This document shows, piece by piece, positions 25,052 to 38,642 of a stretch of DNA of 64,000 nt. The first letter of the stretch is position 1; each line of letters opens with the position of its first letter. The notes beneath the pieces are model-generated. The model saw nothing but the letters and a program-made list of their open reading frames with translations, was not told where the DNA came from and did not search any database. The position numbers were made by a program, and so were the translations under genes. Source of the DNA: Setoptus koraiensis (taxonomy: Eukaryota; Animalia; Arthropoda); NCBI GenBank assembly GCA_048013815.1, contig CM106586.1, positions 12,586,001 through 12,650,000 on the forward strand, read 5' to 3'.

Positions 25052-27740
25052 ATGTTGGACATATTCAGTGGTTTGCGTTTGGTTATTAAGCGCAGACCAA
25101 TTAATATTGACAATACTATATTTAGATTTCATTGGTTTCTAACATCCACTATATTGGTATCATTCAGTTTAATAATAACAGCCAGACAGTATGTCGGACA
25201 ACCAATTGAATGCCACTCAATAGATAAGATACCTGAAACTTTACTCAACTCTTATTGTTGGGTACAGAGTACCTTTACAGTGCCTCAAGCTTGCAATCAA
25301 CGGGTGGGCGTGGACGTACCCTATCCATGTATTGATAATACGCGCGGGCGAGAAATTAAAATGTTTGCCTATTACCAATGGGTGGGTATTGTGTTATTTA
25401 TACAAGGTATTTTATTCCATTTGCCCTATTACCTGTGGAAACTTTGGGAGGCCGGCCTCATTCGAGCAAGTGAGTATGGCAACATCATCAGATGCTGCAA
25501 ACAACTGATCCATGCCACGTGCATAACGATACTTAATTAATACAGGATACTTAATCAAAACAAGATATTAGATAATTACCATAATTAATACTAATCAATT
25601 CTGTTGCATGTTGCTTATGCATTCACATCAATGTCCATAATCAGTCACAAGTGGGCTGCGGGTGGCCGTTCTCAGCGACATCGAGCGATGCAAAAAGAAG
25701 GATATTGTCATAGAGTATCTAGACACACACCTAGGCTGTCATAAGCACTATGCGTTAAAATATTTTCTATGCGAATTGTGTTGCCTTATAAATTTATTTT
25801 TACAATTATGGGCAACCGACAAATTCTTCGATGGACAATTCCTAAACTATGGCATCGATGTGATCAGATATTCCACAGGCGAATCAAACGGCTGGACACA
25901 AGCGACAACAAGTAACTACAATGACTTTAATTCGCACAATATCGACAAACAGAACACTAGCAACAATCACAGGATGTCGGCCGGAGTTGCAGATTCGCAG
26001 AGATCAGTCAACAGCTCAAAAAGTTTACCCAGAATTGACCCAATGGTGAGTTTCAGCATGGCTGACATATTCAATTTTTGTTGCAGATTATCATCATTCT
26101 TTCTCTAACTACGATTATTTCATTTTCACTTTATTTGTTCGTCACCGAAAATAATTGATCGTTTCCATCAAATGGCAGACTTTTGTATTTCCGAGGATCA
26201 CCAAGTGTACCTATTATGACTTTGGAAGTTCGGGCGACATACAGAAACACGACGCCATTTGTTTACTGCCGCTCAACATTGTCAACGAGAAGATATACAT
26301 AGCCTTGTGGTAAGTGACCCAACGCAATCATGTTGCCCTTGACAGTTTACGGACTAATCAATTGGCGGACTAATTAATTGTGATAAAATAATTGATTGTG
26401 ATAAAATAATTAATTGTAATCAATGAAATATCAACTTTGACACTGTCAACAATAGGTTCTGGTTCCTGATACTGGCCGTGCTCACATCGGCCGTCATAGT
26501 GTGCAGATTGTTTTTGTTGTTCTGCAAAAAGGTCAGGGCGAAATTTCTCATCACCAGATGCAAATTGTCTCTAGAGAGTGATTTGCACATTATTTGTCAA
26601 CGGGGCGATGTTGGCGATTGGTTCCTGTTCTATATGATGGCCAGCAATTTGGACCCGTTGATTATGAGAGAAATAGTGTCAGTGATGGCCGAACGTCTAG
26701 AGATAAAACTGAAAAAAGAAAAGGAGGCTCTAGAGGGCTACTCGACGAACAGAAACCACCACAGGCTAGACAGCGGAAACAAGCACAGGGAAGAGCCAGC
26801 TACCAGGCTATTGTTGGCACCCGTGGCAAAGGTTAAATCGTTAGGTAAAAGGATTAAATTAAGTTTGGGCCGAATATTAAACAAGAGCAGTAGATTATTT
26901 TATCGCAAACAAGAAGCTGCAGCAACAGCAGAATTATCACCAAACAATAGGGATTCGCCCAGACGCTCGCATATGAAGCGTCTGAAGAGGCCAAAATCGT
27001 GGCAACAATCAGACAGCAATGAAAATTATTTATTTGGTGGTCAGCGGGTGTTAGATGTGGAGGAGGCCCGGATGTTCACCGAAAACAATATGCCCACCAC
27101 TGGTTACAATCAATTTATTCACATTCAATCATCGCAAACTCAATCAAACAACAACGAACGCGACAACGAGCAACATTCCCCATCATCATCGTCTGGTTTG
27201 CCTGTGTCATATGGACAGCTCAATTTAACAACTACAGCCTTTATAACAAGACCACAGAGAAACAATTCATTTAGTCAGCAGCGTCAGTCTTTATCTAGAC
27301 ACAGAAACATTGCCACTATGAATCAGTTGACAACATTATCATTCAACAACGATGATACCAGTCCATACAAAGATCATCAACACCACCATTTTTTGCCCCC
27401 TTCCTCGTCCGATATCGTGCAAGTTCGCCTAAGGAATCTCACTAATACCCACACCAACACCACCAACTACAACAACAACGGCTCGCAAGTGGATCCCGTT
27501 GATACACCCACAACCTTACCGTCGTCTGTATTTAAAATCGACGGTCACACGATGAAAATCCTGGAAGAAGGAAAAGAACGAAGGGCCGATATGGATCTGG
27601 AGAGTCAACAACAAACAGTTGCTGCTGCAGGCTCAATTGCGACAGCTCCCCCTATATCGCTCTCTCACAACGACCGCAATAATGATGAAAATCCGGCCAA
27701 CATATCGTCGTATCCACGCCTGGACTATCACTGTATCTAA
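25052..27740 (+). CDS. Innexin (Inx2-like) with very long C-terminal tail; exons 25052-25469, 25645-26045, 26179-26309, 26456-27740
   Basis: [54 protein letters not shown]; three GT-AG introns join the ORFs in frame. Confidence 0.95.
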
Positions 27741-28125
27741 GCATCGATCTATCGCTCGAATGAGCACACATGAATCATAGGAAACAATATTTTTGAGCCT
27801 AACATGAAAATCACATCGCTTTACCTGATGAGATTACTGTTAATTGTGTTGATTTTTTGTTACGCAACAATTAATAGTTAATTAATACTGTGTACACTGC
27901 TTTAATTGTGCACAACAACAACAAGAGATATAAACAAATTGATCTATCTGATTATTAAACTAAAAAAACTAAATGTCACCTCGCGCTGTTGTTATACCGA
28001 GGCAAAAGTACAAACAAACAAAAAAATGAATGAGTGAGCTCAATTATCATTTATTTGTTGTTATATAAGTTTATACATACAAAATATGTGTGTGTTATAT
28101 AATGTTATGTTAAATGTTTGTTGGT

Positions 28126-29272
28126 TTAGGTATCCAAAAATGGTCTACATGTAAGGTGCGAAAACAATAGGTGATTGTAGTTACAATGGTGGCCGTTTTC
28201 ATTTGTGGTAGTAGTGTTGTTCTGATTGATTGTTGTTGTGTCATTATTGTTGTTGTTGGCTATAGCGTCATTGTCGTAGCCTGTCAAGACATCCTGAATC
28301 CATGAATTAATTATGTTTGGACAAACACAAACAACCCTAATGTCGGGCGCTAAATCTGTAGCCAAACATTTGGTTAGCACTGATATGCCCGCTTTAGACA
28401 TACAATAGGCGAATTTATAAAATCCTGGCGTGTTATTGAGAATACTAGAAACATTAATTATAGATCCCTTGGTCTTTCTTAGATATGGCGCCGCTGATAG
28501 ACATAAATAAGTTACAGAGTGCATATTCTGGGCTATAATCTTGTGATACTGTTCAAATACATGCGGATCATCAAATTTGCTAAGACCTGTAATATTGACC
28601 GTATTTACAAGTACGTCTAGACGACCGTATTCTTTGATTGTCTGATCGATGACTTTATGAGCTTGGTCCAATTGTGATATATCGGCTACAATTTGCAATG
28701 GCTGCAATATATTAATTAATTATGAATATATTAATGGATTGTTGGATAGTTGACATAAATTAGACATTTGGTTAGTTTGTTTGTTTGTTTGAACCCGGTG
28801 GGTGAGGGCAAAGATTTGGCGAGCACAAACGTAAACACTTGGCTGAGTAGAGGTCGACAAGAGATAGATAAACAAGAGATCTGACAGCACATATGCATAG
28901 ATAAGACATCGAGACTCACCGATAAGTGTCTTGGCGATCGCTCCTCGCATTCGGTGGCAATGAATTTTGTTTGTTCGGTGTTGAAATCTACCAGGGCTAT
29001 CTTGAGGCCTAATTTGGAGAATGTCACCGCCATGTTTCGTCCAATGGCAGAGCCACAACCTAGCAAAGTTAGTTGATAACGATTGTTGCATTGTAGTGGT
29101 TAATTGGTTAGTATTATTCATAATAGATTCACTGTGATAGATCGTTTCAAAACTGAAGTATCTCAGGTACGTGACATGATCAGATGTTGCATGTGTCATC
29201 TTCGAAATATAGTGATTAATTACCTGTTATGAGCACGACGTTTGTTTCGTCGTCGCTATTACTCAGCGGCAT
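28126..29272 (-). CDS. Short-chain dehydrogenase/reductase with degenerate motifs; exons 29272-29224, 29059-28920, 28701-28126
   Basis: The spliced N-terminus reads MPLSNSDDETNVVLITGCGSAIG, followed by GRLDVLVN, GSIINVSS and catalytic YCMSK. Confidence 0.88.
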
Positions 29273-32200
29273 AATTATTATTTGTGTTTAATTGCCGTAT
29301 GTAGTGCTGTAGTGAGTTTATAGGGATTTTGATAGTTTTCTTTCTTCTAGAATATCGGATTCCTTGCTAAGAATGATTGAAATTCTATGAGACACAATCG
29401 ATCTTGTCTTATTTGAGTGATTATAACGATTCTGGGGTCTTGCGTTGAACTTGTTGGTATCTTGGTCACTGAGCGAGAACAATTTAAATATATGAACATA
29501 AAAATGAGTGTGTGTATCTTGCTTGATAGTTGATTTGCGAGTGACTTGACTCACTCTCTGATTTGTTAATTAGTGTGTTGTAGATCAATCGTTTCAATTA
29601 TTGCAATAATTAGGCCAGTAATATTTAAGTTAAGGCCTATTTAAGTTAACCTAACTAGGTTGTCGTTGTCTGGCGATGTTGTTTATTGTGGAAACAGTTC
29701 GCTTGTGATGATTGACACTTTTTGAACTCTCACTTATTGTCACTGTTGTTGTTGTTGTTGTCGTTGCTGTTGATTTTGTTGTTGTTGTTGTTGGACTAAT
29801 TCCACTTGTTTTGTGGCTCGACAAAGATGCAAAAATAACGATCATTGGCTATTGTGGTTTGTTGTTTGTGGATAATTTTAACTTATTATCGCATTATCAC
29901 GATTACTTCCCCCCATTTTAGGGCATTATTCGCTGTTTCTTTGTGTATATCGCCCATTAGTTGATAGTCAAATATCTGAGCATTTATCTCGGCGTCAGCA
30001 ACGAACCATTTAACAGCAACAGCAACAACAACAACAATAACAACAAAAGGCAACGGCAATAGCAGACAAAACGACTAGCGACCAATTTAAGATCATTGGC
30101 TATATAAATAAAACCAGCACCAATTAAGAACAATAAATAAGATGATGATTGTTGTTTAAATAGACACACATCGTACAATGGAGACTGGTAGACAGATAGA
30201 GAGCACTCATAATGAACATAATTGTCACACACGAAACAACAATCATGAAACTACATCAACAACTATTCCATCAATTAATTGATTGATGATAATAATCTCA
30301 TCATGTGTAGCGATTGGCGTCAACTCAATCAATAAACTAGATCTATTAACTACCATAATTTATATCGTAACATGCTCTACGGACGATCACGACGATGACT
30401 AACATCCTTTCTCTCGCGCTCTCTCGCTCTCTCAAGCTCTAATTTGCGACCCACTCCATCTGCGTTTATGGCGAGCTAGGTATTTCCATTGTTAGGCTAG
30501 GTCTAAATGTATATGTACATATAGCCTAACATGTATGCGCTCGAGAGTGAGAATATAAACAGTGTAAGCTGGCAGGCTAATTAGTGACTGTTGTGTCAGT
30601 AATTAGTAGATTCACCATGTTGTTGTTCTAAGACTAATGCCAGAGCCATACCAACTGTACAGTTGGCGACGTAGTTATAGAGTCATCGGCGATGTAATAC
30701 ACAACAACCACCACTGAGATGATTCATCTGGCAATCCAAGGCAATTGCAGTCAATTGCAGGCAAGGGTAGTGCATATTTACACGGTTGTCATATCACCGA
30801 GAGCATCAACAATATAAACAACATCTTCCTCATGAGAGCGGCAATTGAATCAGATTAAATCAAACTTGGCATCGCTCACAGTTTGTGGGCGCCATTAGAC
30901 TGACTCAAGATGGGCCGCCCAGAGAAGCCGGCAATGCTGTCACTCGGCGGCGCCACTCTAAGCTTACCAAATCTGTGTGATCTGCATGATGAGCATGATA
31001 CATTTAGACAATATAATGCATTTAACAGGATAAATTGAAAGAAATTGAATTGAACGTTCAGAAACAAAGATGTAAGAGGCAGGCGACTGGCAAGACGTGA
31101 CGATATCAGATTTGCAGATGTCAAACAGCGATGCCTCGATCGACTGGCAATTGTATAAAAACGTGATCAATTCATCTATTGTCGTCTGGCGAGGGGTCCC
31201 ATCTAATATTGTTGTGCTACTAGCTGTCGAAGTGATCACCTTCACTAGACAAAAATGATTGAACTGATGATGATGGATCCGTTATGATGAATCTCGACGC
31301 TGTCATCAACAAACGATCAGTAATCGATCTAGACGCTCGTCTTAACGAGCCACATCCTGTCATATTGTCATTGATTGCGTAAACTAGAAGCAAATATTCA
31401 TGATCTAATTGATTAGATTCCATGTGTGTCTGTGTGTGTTTTGTAAGAGCGCCCAAACCAGATCGTTATTGCTATTATTGTCATTTGTTGGTTTCTGTTC
31501 GGGTTTCAACGGTTTGACTTTTGGCCATGATTTGTTAGGCATGCATTAATTGACCCGTGCCAGCGAGCCTCAATCGGTGGACGACATTGAGCCAATCAAG
31601 ATCGCAGCAATCAATTCACTGGATACTGGGAAGTGGTTACAAGTTGGTGACATTTTCACCCAATGCTCAAGTGCCTTGTGCTGCAGCCATGAACAATTCA
31701 ACTACTAAAAATACAACTTTCGCATAAATGGGCATCAGTGTTGTGTCGCGATGGAATATCTGTTTATAGCTTTGTATAAACGACGGACGACATTGGTTGT
31801 TGCGATCAATTACTTGTTGTTGTAATGTCCAACAACAACAACAATCAAGAATACATGACAGTCGCCCTGATGGTCGGATAGTTTAACATGGCCGCTGCTG
31901 TCGCAACAACATCGGCACCGATAACAACGAAAACAACAACAGCAACAACAGCAACAACAGCAACAGCAGCAACAGCAGCAACAACAACTGCAACAACAAA
32001 AATAACAACAACAACCGAGCTAAGGTCATCTATTAGATAATACAGCAAATCGGGAAATAAGTATGGATTATTGCAAAATTGCATGCCATTGGATGGATTT
32101 ATTGTGTGTGTGTGTGTGTGATCCCACACCCACAAAAACAAATAAATAAACGAGTAGATAAATAAATGATGTTGTGTCTTAAAATAGCAAAGACAATCTC

Positions 32201-33433
32201 ACAGTCTGAGCAGTCTTGCAGAAGCCGAAAGAACAACAACATTGTGACTAATTGTGTAACATTGGACCGACTATTTATGGTTACAAGTGCCTTGTTGCTG
32301 CCAATGATGTAGCCAGATGAGAATAAGTAAATAGCGAAAGAAAACTCGCCCAGTCACTTGTTTCTTTTGCCCTTCCACCTGCTGCCGTTGTCGATGTTGT
32401 AGTTGATGTTGTTGCTGCTGTTGATGTTGTGGTTGTGGTTGTTATTTAAGCGGCGAGACGTCGATGAACTTGAACCTACAAATAAATGCATTGCATTCAA
32501 TCGATAGGCATGCCATGTGGTGATACTGTGTTCTTGGATCAGATTGGAAGTTTACATTGGCATATACTGACAACGATTTACATTGGCCAATCTTAATTAC
32601 TATTACTATTATTATTATTACTATTACTATTATCAAATACAATATCGTACAATAATAGCTGGCTATCTAATAAAGCTGCCAACGATTGACAATGACAGTA
32701 ATTGACAACTTAACTCAACCGCCTTTGACTTTGCTGTGTATGTTTGTATGGTATCTGCCAGAATCTTACAGGTGTCTCGTTTTTGTTTCTTGTTGGCTAG
32801 CTAGCGCTAGCGGTGCTGCCGCTATTAGCTAATCGTTGTTTGTTTTGCTCGTTCGCTATAGATATTTCCAGTATAGCCAGTAGATATCGACACAGGAAAA
32901 AGTAGTGGATATATTCAACTTTTCCACTGAGCTCTCTTTGTCTTACTGTAATACTTTTCCAGTATTAGCAGCAGTGAACAACAAACAAACAAATTGAGTT
33001 CGCAACAAAATATAGGAGGGGATTAGGCTATCACAATAACTGGGCCTGTGTGTAGTAGGTAGGGTAGTAGGTAGTTCCCCGTTAGAAGTAGAGCGATAGA
33101 AATCACGGCAAGCATCTATAATTAACCCTTTAACCACTACCACAGATACGCATGCTTTTGCCGTGTTGGTGCACCGGTGAGATTTCATATAAATAGAGTG
33201 GACAAGATCGAAAAAGGTATCATTCATCAACCAACAACAACAACAACAACAACAAATAGTGCAATAGCAACGACTACTCCTGGAACAACAACACCCACAG
33301 CAGCGAATGAGAATCTCGACAAAGATTCAACATTGAATTAAATAGCAAACACCGAAACAGTCACCTCAGACATATCGATCGGGCTCATTAGCAATCATTT
33401 CGGCATCTCTGAGAGGCACAACCAACGGGCATC

Positions 33434-33871
33434 ATGAGAATACCTGTAAGTATTTAAACCAACAGATTCAATTGATATTTTCGCTTATGGCAACAACAAA
33501 ACACTAATATAACAATGTTTGCTCTTGTTCGTTTGACACAATGCCATATTGCACACATTCAGTATCTTCTTGTGATTCTGGTCATAGCAGCAATTATAGA
33601 GGATGTGGTAGCTAAATCTCAACAGACGCCAGCCAACGATGCTCTGGCGAAAGTTAAAACGGGCGATTCGGGCGCCCTTATGACGGATCAAGTGACGGCA
33701 GAGGGCAAAAAGAAAAAGTACTACGTAGTTAAGAAGAAGCCAAAGAAGATCAAGATGAAGATTTACAAGCCAAAGAAGAAGTATAAGAAAATCAAGGTGA
33801 AAGTTCCAGTGAAAAAGATGAAGGTGAAGAAAGTGAAAGGTTATCTGATCAAGAAACACAAGAAACATTAA
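33434..33871 (+). CDS. Secreted lysine-rich cationic peptide precursor (106 aa); exons 33434-33445 and 33563-33871
   Basis: ATG AGA ATA CCT|gtaagt...ttcag|TAT gives MRIPYLLVILVIAAIIEDVVA (signal peptide), a pro-region, and a 54-aa tail with 29 Lys and no acidic residue. Confidence 0.8.
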
Positions 33872-36800
33872 GCGACAAGCCACTTCGACACACAATCGGC
33901 ACAATATTTTGTTTAAATTATATTTATTCTATTATTATTATTATATTTATCACACAGCTAATTGAGATGGCTAATTTAAGAAAGAAGAAGAGCTCTTGAA
34001 ATTAAACAATATGCGTGTAGTTACATGAAATAAACAATTAATTAACAATACATAAAGCAGCGATGGTCTAGTTAGATTTAATTAAGCAGACGCAACTAGC
34101 AACAACAACATGCTGACAATATTCGAATCGCCAATCGGGATAAATGGGGTTGAATGGGGAACAATTACATGAACGAATTGAGAAGACAGCACAAACGCAC
34201 AAACAAAGTATTACAGGTGTAATATTATTGTAAACAGCGACGTAAAACAACCGGCAAGCACGAACAAGATGCAAACAGGTCGCCATCAAAGAAACCAACC
34301 AACGAACGCTTAACTACAATTATCAAACAGATACTAAACGATTAGCAATATCAGCATTATTATATGAGTGCATGAAAGCAACATGTTGTTGCAATAGTAT
34401 TCTTGTAATAATGATATCATATTTAAATAAATAGTGCCATAGTAATGGCAAGCTCTTTACAGCTTAAAACAGTGCGAAATTTTAATTGTTACATAGCAAC
34501 AAAAAGTGGTGGCGAGGTTGCTTTTTTGTTTGTTTGTTGGCCAGCTTTCCAAAATGTTTCAATGGGGTTTGTGACTGCTAGTCATTTTAGGTGGTATCAT
34601 TGATAGTGGTGGTCTTCGCGCCGAGCGACAACTTGACTTTGTCCGCAACAAACAACCAGATCGCCGATACTCGATAGTATTTAGTAGTGTCGCCAATATT
34701 GGACTGCACCGATTAATCGACATGTTTATCCAATTGTTGTTGCACTGCTAACTAAGCGGAGATAAAAACAACTTTTGTCGTGCGTCGCCTCACTCGACAG
34801 CCTTGACCGCCCGGCAATTTCTTCAATTTTCGTGCGTTCGCGAGCCCTCTCACATGCTCCGACAAAACTCTGGCAATGCAGCTCTCGCATGGCATGACAG
34901 GCCGGAGCGATCTGCCCAAGTTTGTTGACCTGGCCGATCGGAAAAAGCAAGCCAGCGAGCAAATGACTCGGAAACTGACTCACTACCAAGTCGCCAAGAT
35001 TACCGCTAGAAAGCAGCAGTTATTTTGCATGTAATTTGCATTGTTTAATTTGTACTTGTGCCCGCCATGCCATGAGCAACCGCAATAGGTTAAACCACAG
35101 CTAACAACTAGCTAAGTGAGTCTGTAGGAACTTGGCCCGCATTTGTGACAATGAGTAACGGTACGGCACAAGTGCCGAGGGATGTTGCTGTTGATACCGC
35201 TGTTATTCATTCACGTGTCCGGCCCGCTGACAGTGACAATCTATCGACTATCAAACTGTTACGTGAGCAATTATTGAGGCAAGACTGTCGTCCGTTTGTT
35301 GTGTTATCTCTCATTTTACTGTCGTGTACGATGACGTTTGTTTGCTGAGCTTGTTCCAATTTGTTGTTGCCTATTTGTGCAACAAACATACGAGAAAAAC
35401 AAGCACTGGGCCTCTCCAGTTTGAATTAAACGACAGGTGGGTGCCACTGGTCGGCCTCACTGGCATTTAGCACAAATTAAACGGCGACATTTTAAGATAT
35501 TCATAGGAAACAGTGCCGAGGCATTCTGTCAACGAAGCGGCCACAAAGCTGGTGCTAGGCATGTTTAGTATAATTTATGTGTATTATGCATGATTTGATC
35601 GGATCGGTACGGCACAAAAAGCTAAAATAGTAGACCAAAAGTCCAGTCAAAGTCGTATTACTCGTTCTGGCAGACTCCGAATTTCAGGCAGCCATTTTCA
35701 GGCACACATAAACTTACATAACGGTGCACACAAGCAATATGGTTTGTTGAACCCGGTGAACATGAGCATGTATTGTCACGACGAGCTACTTTACTCTGTC
35801 ATTATTACGTAATCACTTTGGCACCCATAAAAACAAACACCGATGCATAATAGCCGATGCATTGGGGCCCCATAGCGTATCGCCCACGATATTATCAGGG
35901 CACACATATCCAGGTATACAGCCATATCAGGGTATCAGATGTATATAAGAATGCATGTTGGTAGATTAAATGAATCGATAATTTGCAGACAACGAGAAGC
36001 CCTATAAAAGTGTTTGTCCTGATTACTCAAGACCTCGTTCGGCGAGCTTTGCAACGCGCCGTGTGTAGGTAGCGGCAGCTTGGCACCAAATAACGAAAGT
36101 AAATGGATACCTGTGTCGGCTTTACTCATGTTGATTGCTATGGCAATAGAGCACAAAATAATAATGAAACTTTCTTATTATTGCTACCTATACACACATG
36201 GACATAACTTGCATCACATGACATTTGGTCGTATATTGCAAGTGGGCAAAAATGCACCAACAAACAAATAACTCACAATGAGATCCAATATGATTATATA
36301 AGTGAATTGAATTGAAAATTTATCCCTTATCTATTTTACGCGCCACGCAATGGCGTGACATACCTCTATTGTGCCCGCCATTATACATGTAGTATATGTA
36401 GCAATATATCAATATAAGCCGCGCGACTATAGTGCCCCACTATTTACCATAGTTATATAGTCGATATTGTATATATACATATATATGTCGATGAGTCGTC
36501 GTGAGTTTCCTCTCAGACTATTGTCAGACTATGCGTACCATATGAATTAATTGCATGTTGTTGCCGCCGAACAGTTGCTAGGCGATACACGATACAATAA
36601 CGGTGAATATGTCTAACAATGTTGTCGACAGAATGGCATGGTTTGCAACAATAGTGCAACACACAAGTACAATACGCCAACATACTCGTATTGTGCTCGT
36701 ATTGCATAACATCAGTTGTTGTGAGCAGTATAATGATACCATTAGAGAGCTAATAATGAGAATTAGAGCGATTAAATGGCACACACGAAGCTCAATGGGC

Positions 36801-37379
36801 GCGTGTCAGTGGCTATCGAGGCCCAATGTTGTTGTTGTTGTTGCTGTTGCTGCCACTGCTATTGACAGTGACAAGACAGCTCAAAATCAAGCAGGTTGCG
36901 TGGCGGACACAAAGTGGCTGACTTTCGCCTTGGCACTGGCCAACACAAACAAACAACAAACTGGCAAACAAATAAGCAAACAAACAAACTCGTGATAGTT
37001 TCAATTGGCTCGGCTTGACAATCGACAGTTCGCAATCGTCAAGTGAAACGAACGGCTGCGTACAGTTGGCGCATTCTTGACGTGCTTGCTTCTTAGAATC
37101 GGTCGTATATTATACGCGATGATATAATTGACGACATGTGCTCTCATAATATCAAATATAGGACTTCCTGCCTACATTGCTTAACATTCGCAACGGTTCC
37201 CTTTGAACGCTCTGCCATACTTTCTGATTCAAACAATTTGCCGTCTGCTAATTGAGAGTGCGTATGTGATAGTCAATGTGGCGTCGTAAAAAGATCACCA
37301 GTTTCCAGTGTACCTCTGTAGATGATACACAGTGCGATGGAACAGCAACAATTATCGCCGAATGCACATATTGTCATTT

Positions 37380-37418
<39 letters not shown>

Positions 37419-38642
37419 AACATGCATTCATATCAGCTCGATAATAGATCAAGAATGGATTTTTTCCCATCCATTGTCTATTCAAAGATGCGCTGTCTAT
37501 CTGTCTCTCTTTGTCGGTTTGCCCTCTCCTAATTAGTCTCCATTATTATTATTAGTCTCTATTATTATTATAAATAGTGCCTAGTACAATGACAGGAGAT
37601 CACAATCAATGATACCATCAATAACTGTGAGTGTCTGTTACATTTTAAGTATCAAGTGCCATCCGTTACCATCAACATGGCACATAGCGGCAGTGTTCAT
37701 GGTAACGGAAATCAAACAAGTGAAATTATCTTATTAGTCTAGCTGACTCTTTGTTTGCTTGCTTATGTACATAAATCAGCAGCAACCATATATCAAGCAA
37801 ATGCATTGCTCCATTGATATATATACAGGTTGATACACACATGTTCATGTAGCTAATAAAAGTTATCCCCCTGGAAAAAAAAATTACGTGCCAATCATTC
37901 TGCATGGCCAAATGACTTTTCGTTTCAGATAAGTTCAGACTATGATTTAGTTTTGTTAGTTTGCCAACGCGCACCGTGTCTCACACATCATCTGACACAT
38001 CTTGATCAAGTCAAAGATCTAATCGACATCTCATTTCGTGGCTTTAGACTAACAAGTGGCTTATCGAGGCTCTGTGATTTCGCAATTTCGCACTTTCACA
38101 CATTCGTATTTAAGCACTTTAGCAAATGAATCTCATCGCATCGTTTCTGAGTCGATCATTAAGAGCATTCGGAACAATCAAGATTGAACTCTTTTGTTTG
38201 AACAGCAATCTCTGACATCCAATTCGATCCATGCCACATTACCTCAGCTCATCCCCGAGCAAATTTTCGATGTCCTGCATAGGATATTCTTCTTTCTTTC
38301 ATTGTTCCCCTGATGATGGCAGATTAGTTGTGGACCAATAGAGTCCAAGATATGACGAATTGAGAAAACAATTTGAAGAATCGAAGAAAAATAATTGAAA
38401 AAAAAATCTCCTTTGAATTTGGCGCTCGAAGAAGGCGCAGGCGTAAACTTGACATGTTTTGTTTGTCATATGCTTTCAATGAGGTGATCGCGATTGGGTT
38501 AAGCTGGAGAAACAAAAAACAATATTCACCTCATCTCTATTTATTTCTACCTTGATTTCGATGTCCACTACATTTACACAACTATAATTGTCGTCTACGT
38601 CATCACTATTGGGATTGATACAGTTGAAACGCTAATCTAACC

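Noticed and set aside
31220-31456. LLLVYAIND resembling a Ras-family strand
   Set aside because: No G1/G3/G4 motifs in neighbouring frames.
31845-32141. Poly-Q/T/N-like ORFs and hydrophobic poly-V/A antisense ORF
   Set aside because: CAA/CAG microsatellite; all plus-strand frames are short and closed. The same applies to 29651-30232 and 36603-37004.
34726-35035. GC-richer segment with small ORFs on both strands
   Set aside because: 53-87 aa, no motif or splice support; could be an enhancer or stray exon but cannot be supported.
37082-37092. GTGCTTGCTTC matching the 5' end of U6 snRNA
   Set aside because: Only 11 nt match; the following sequence is unrelated to U6.
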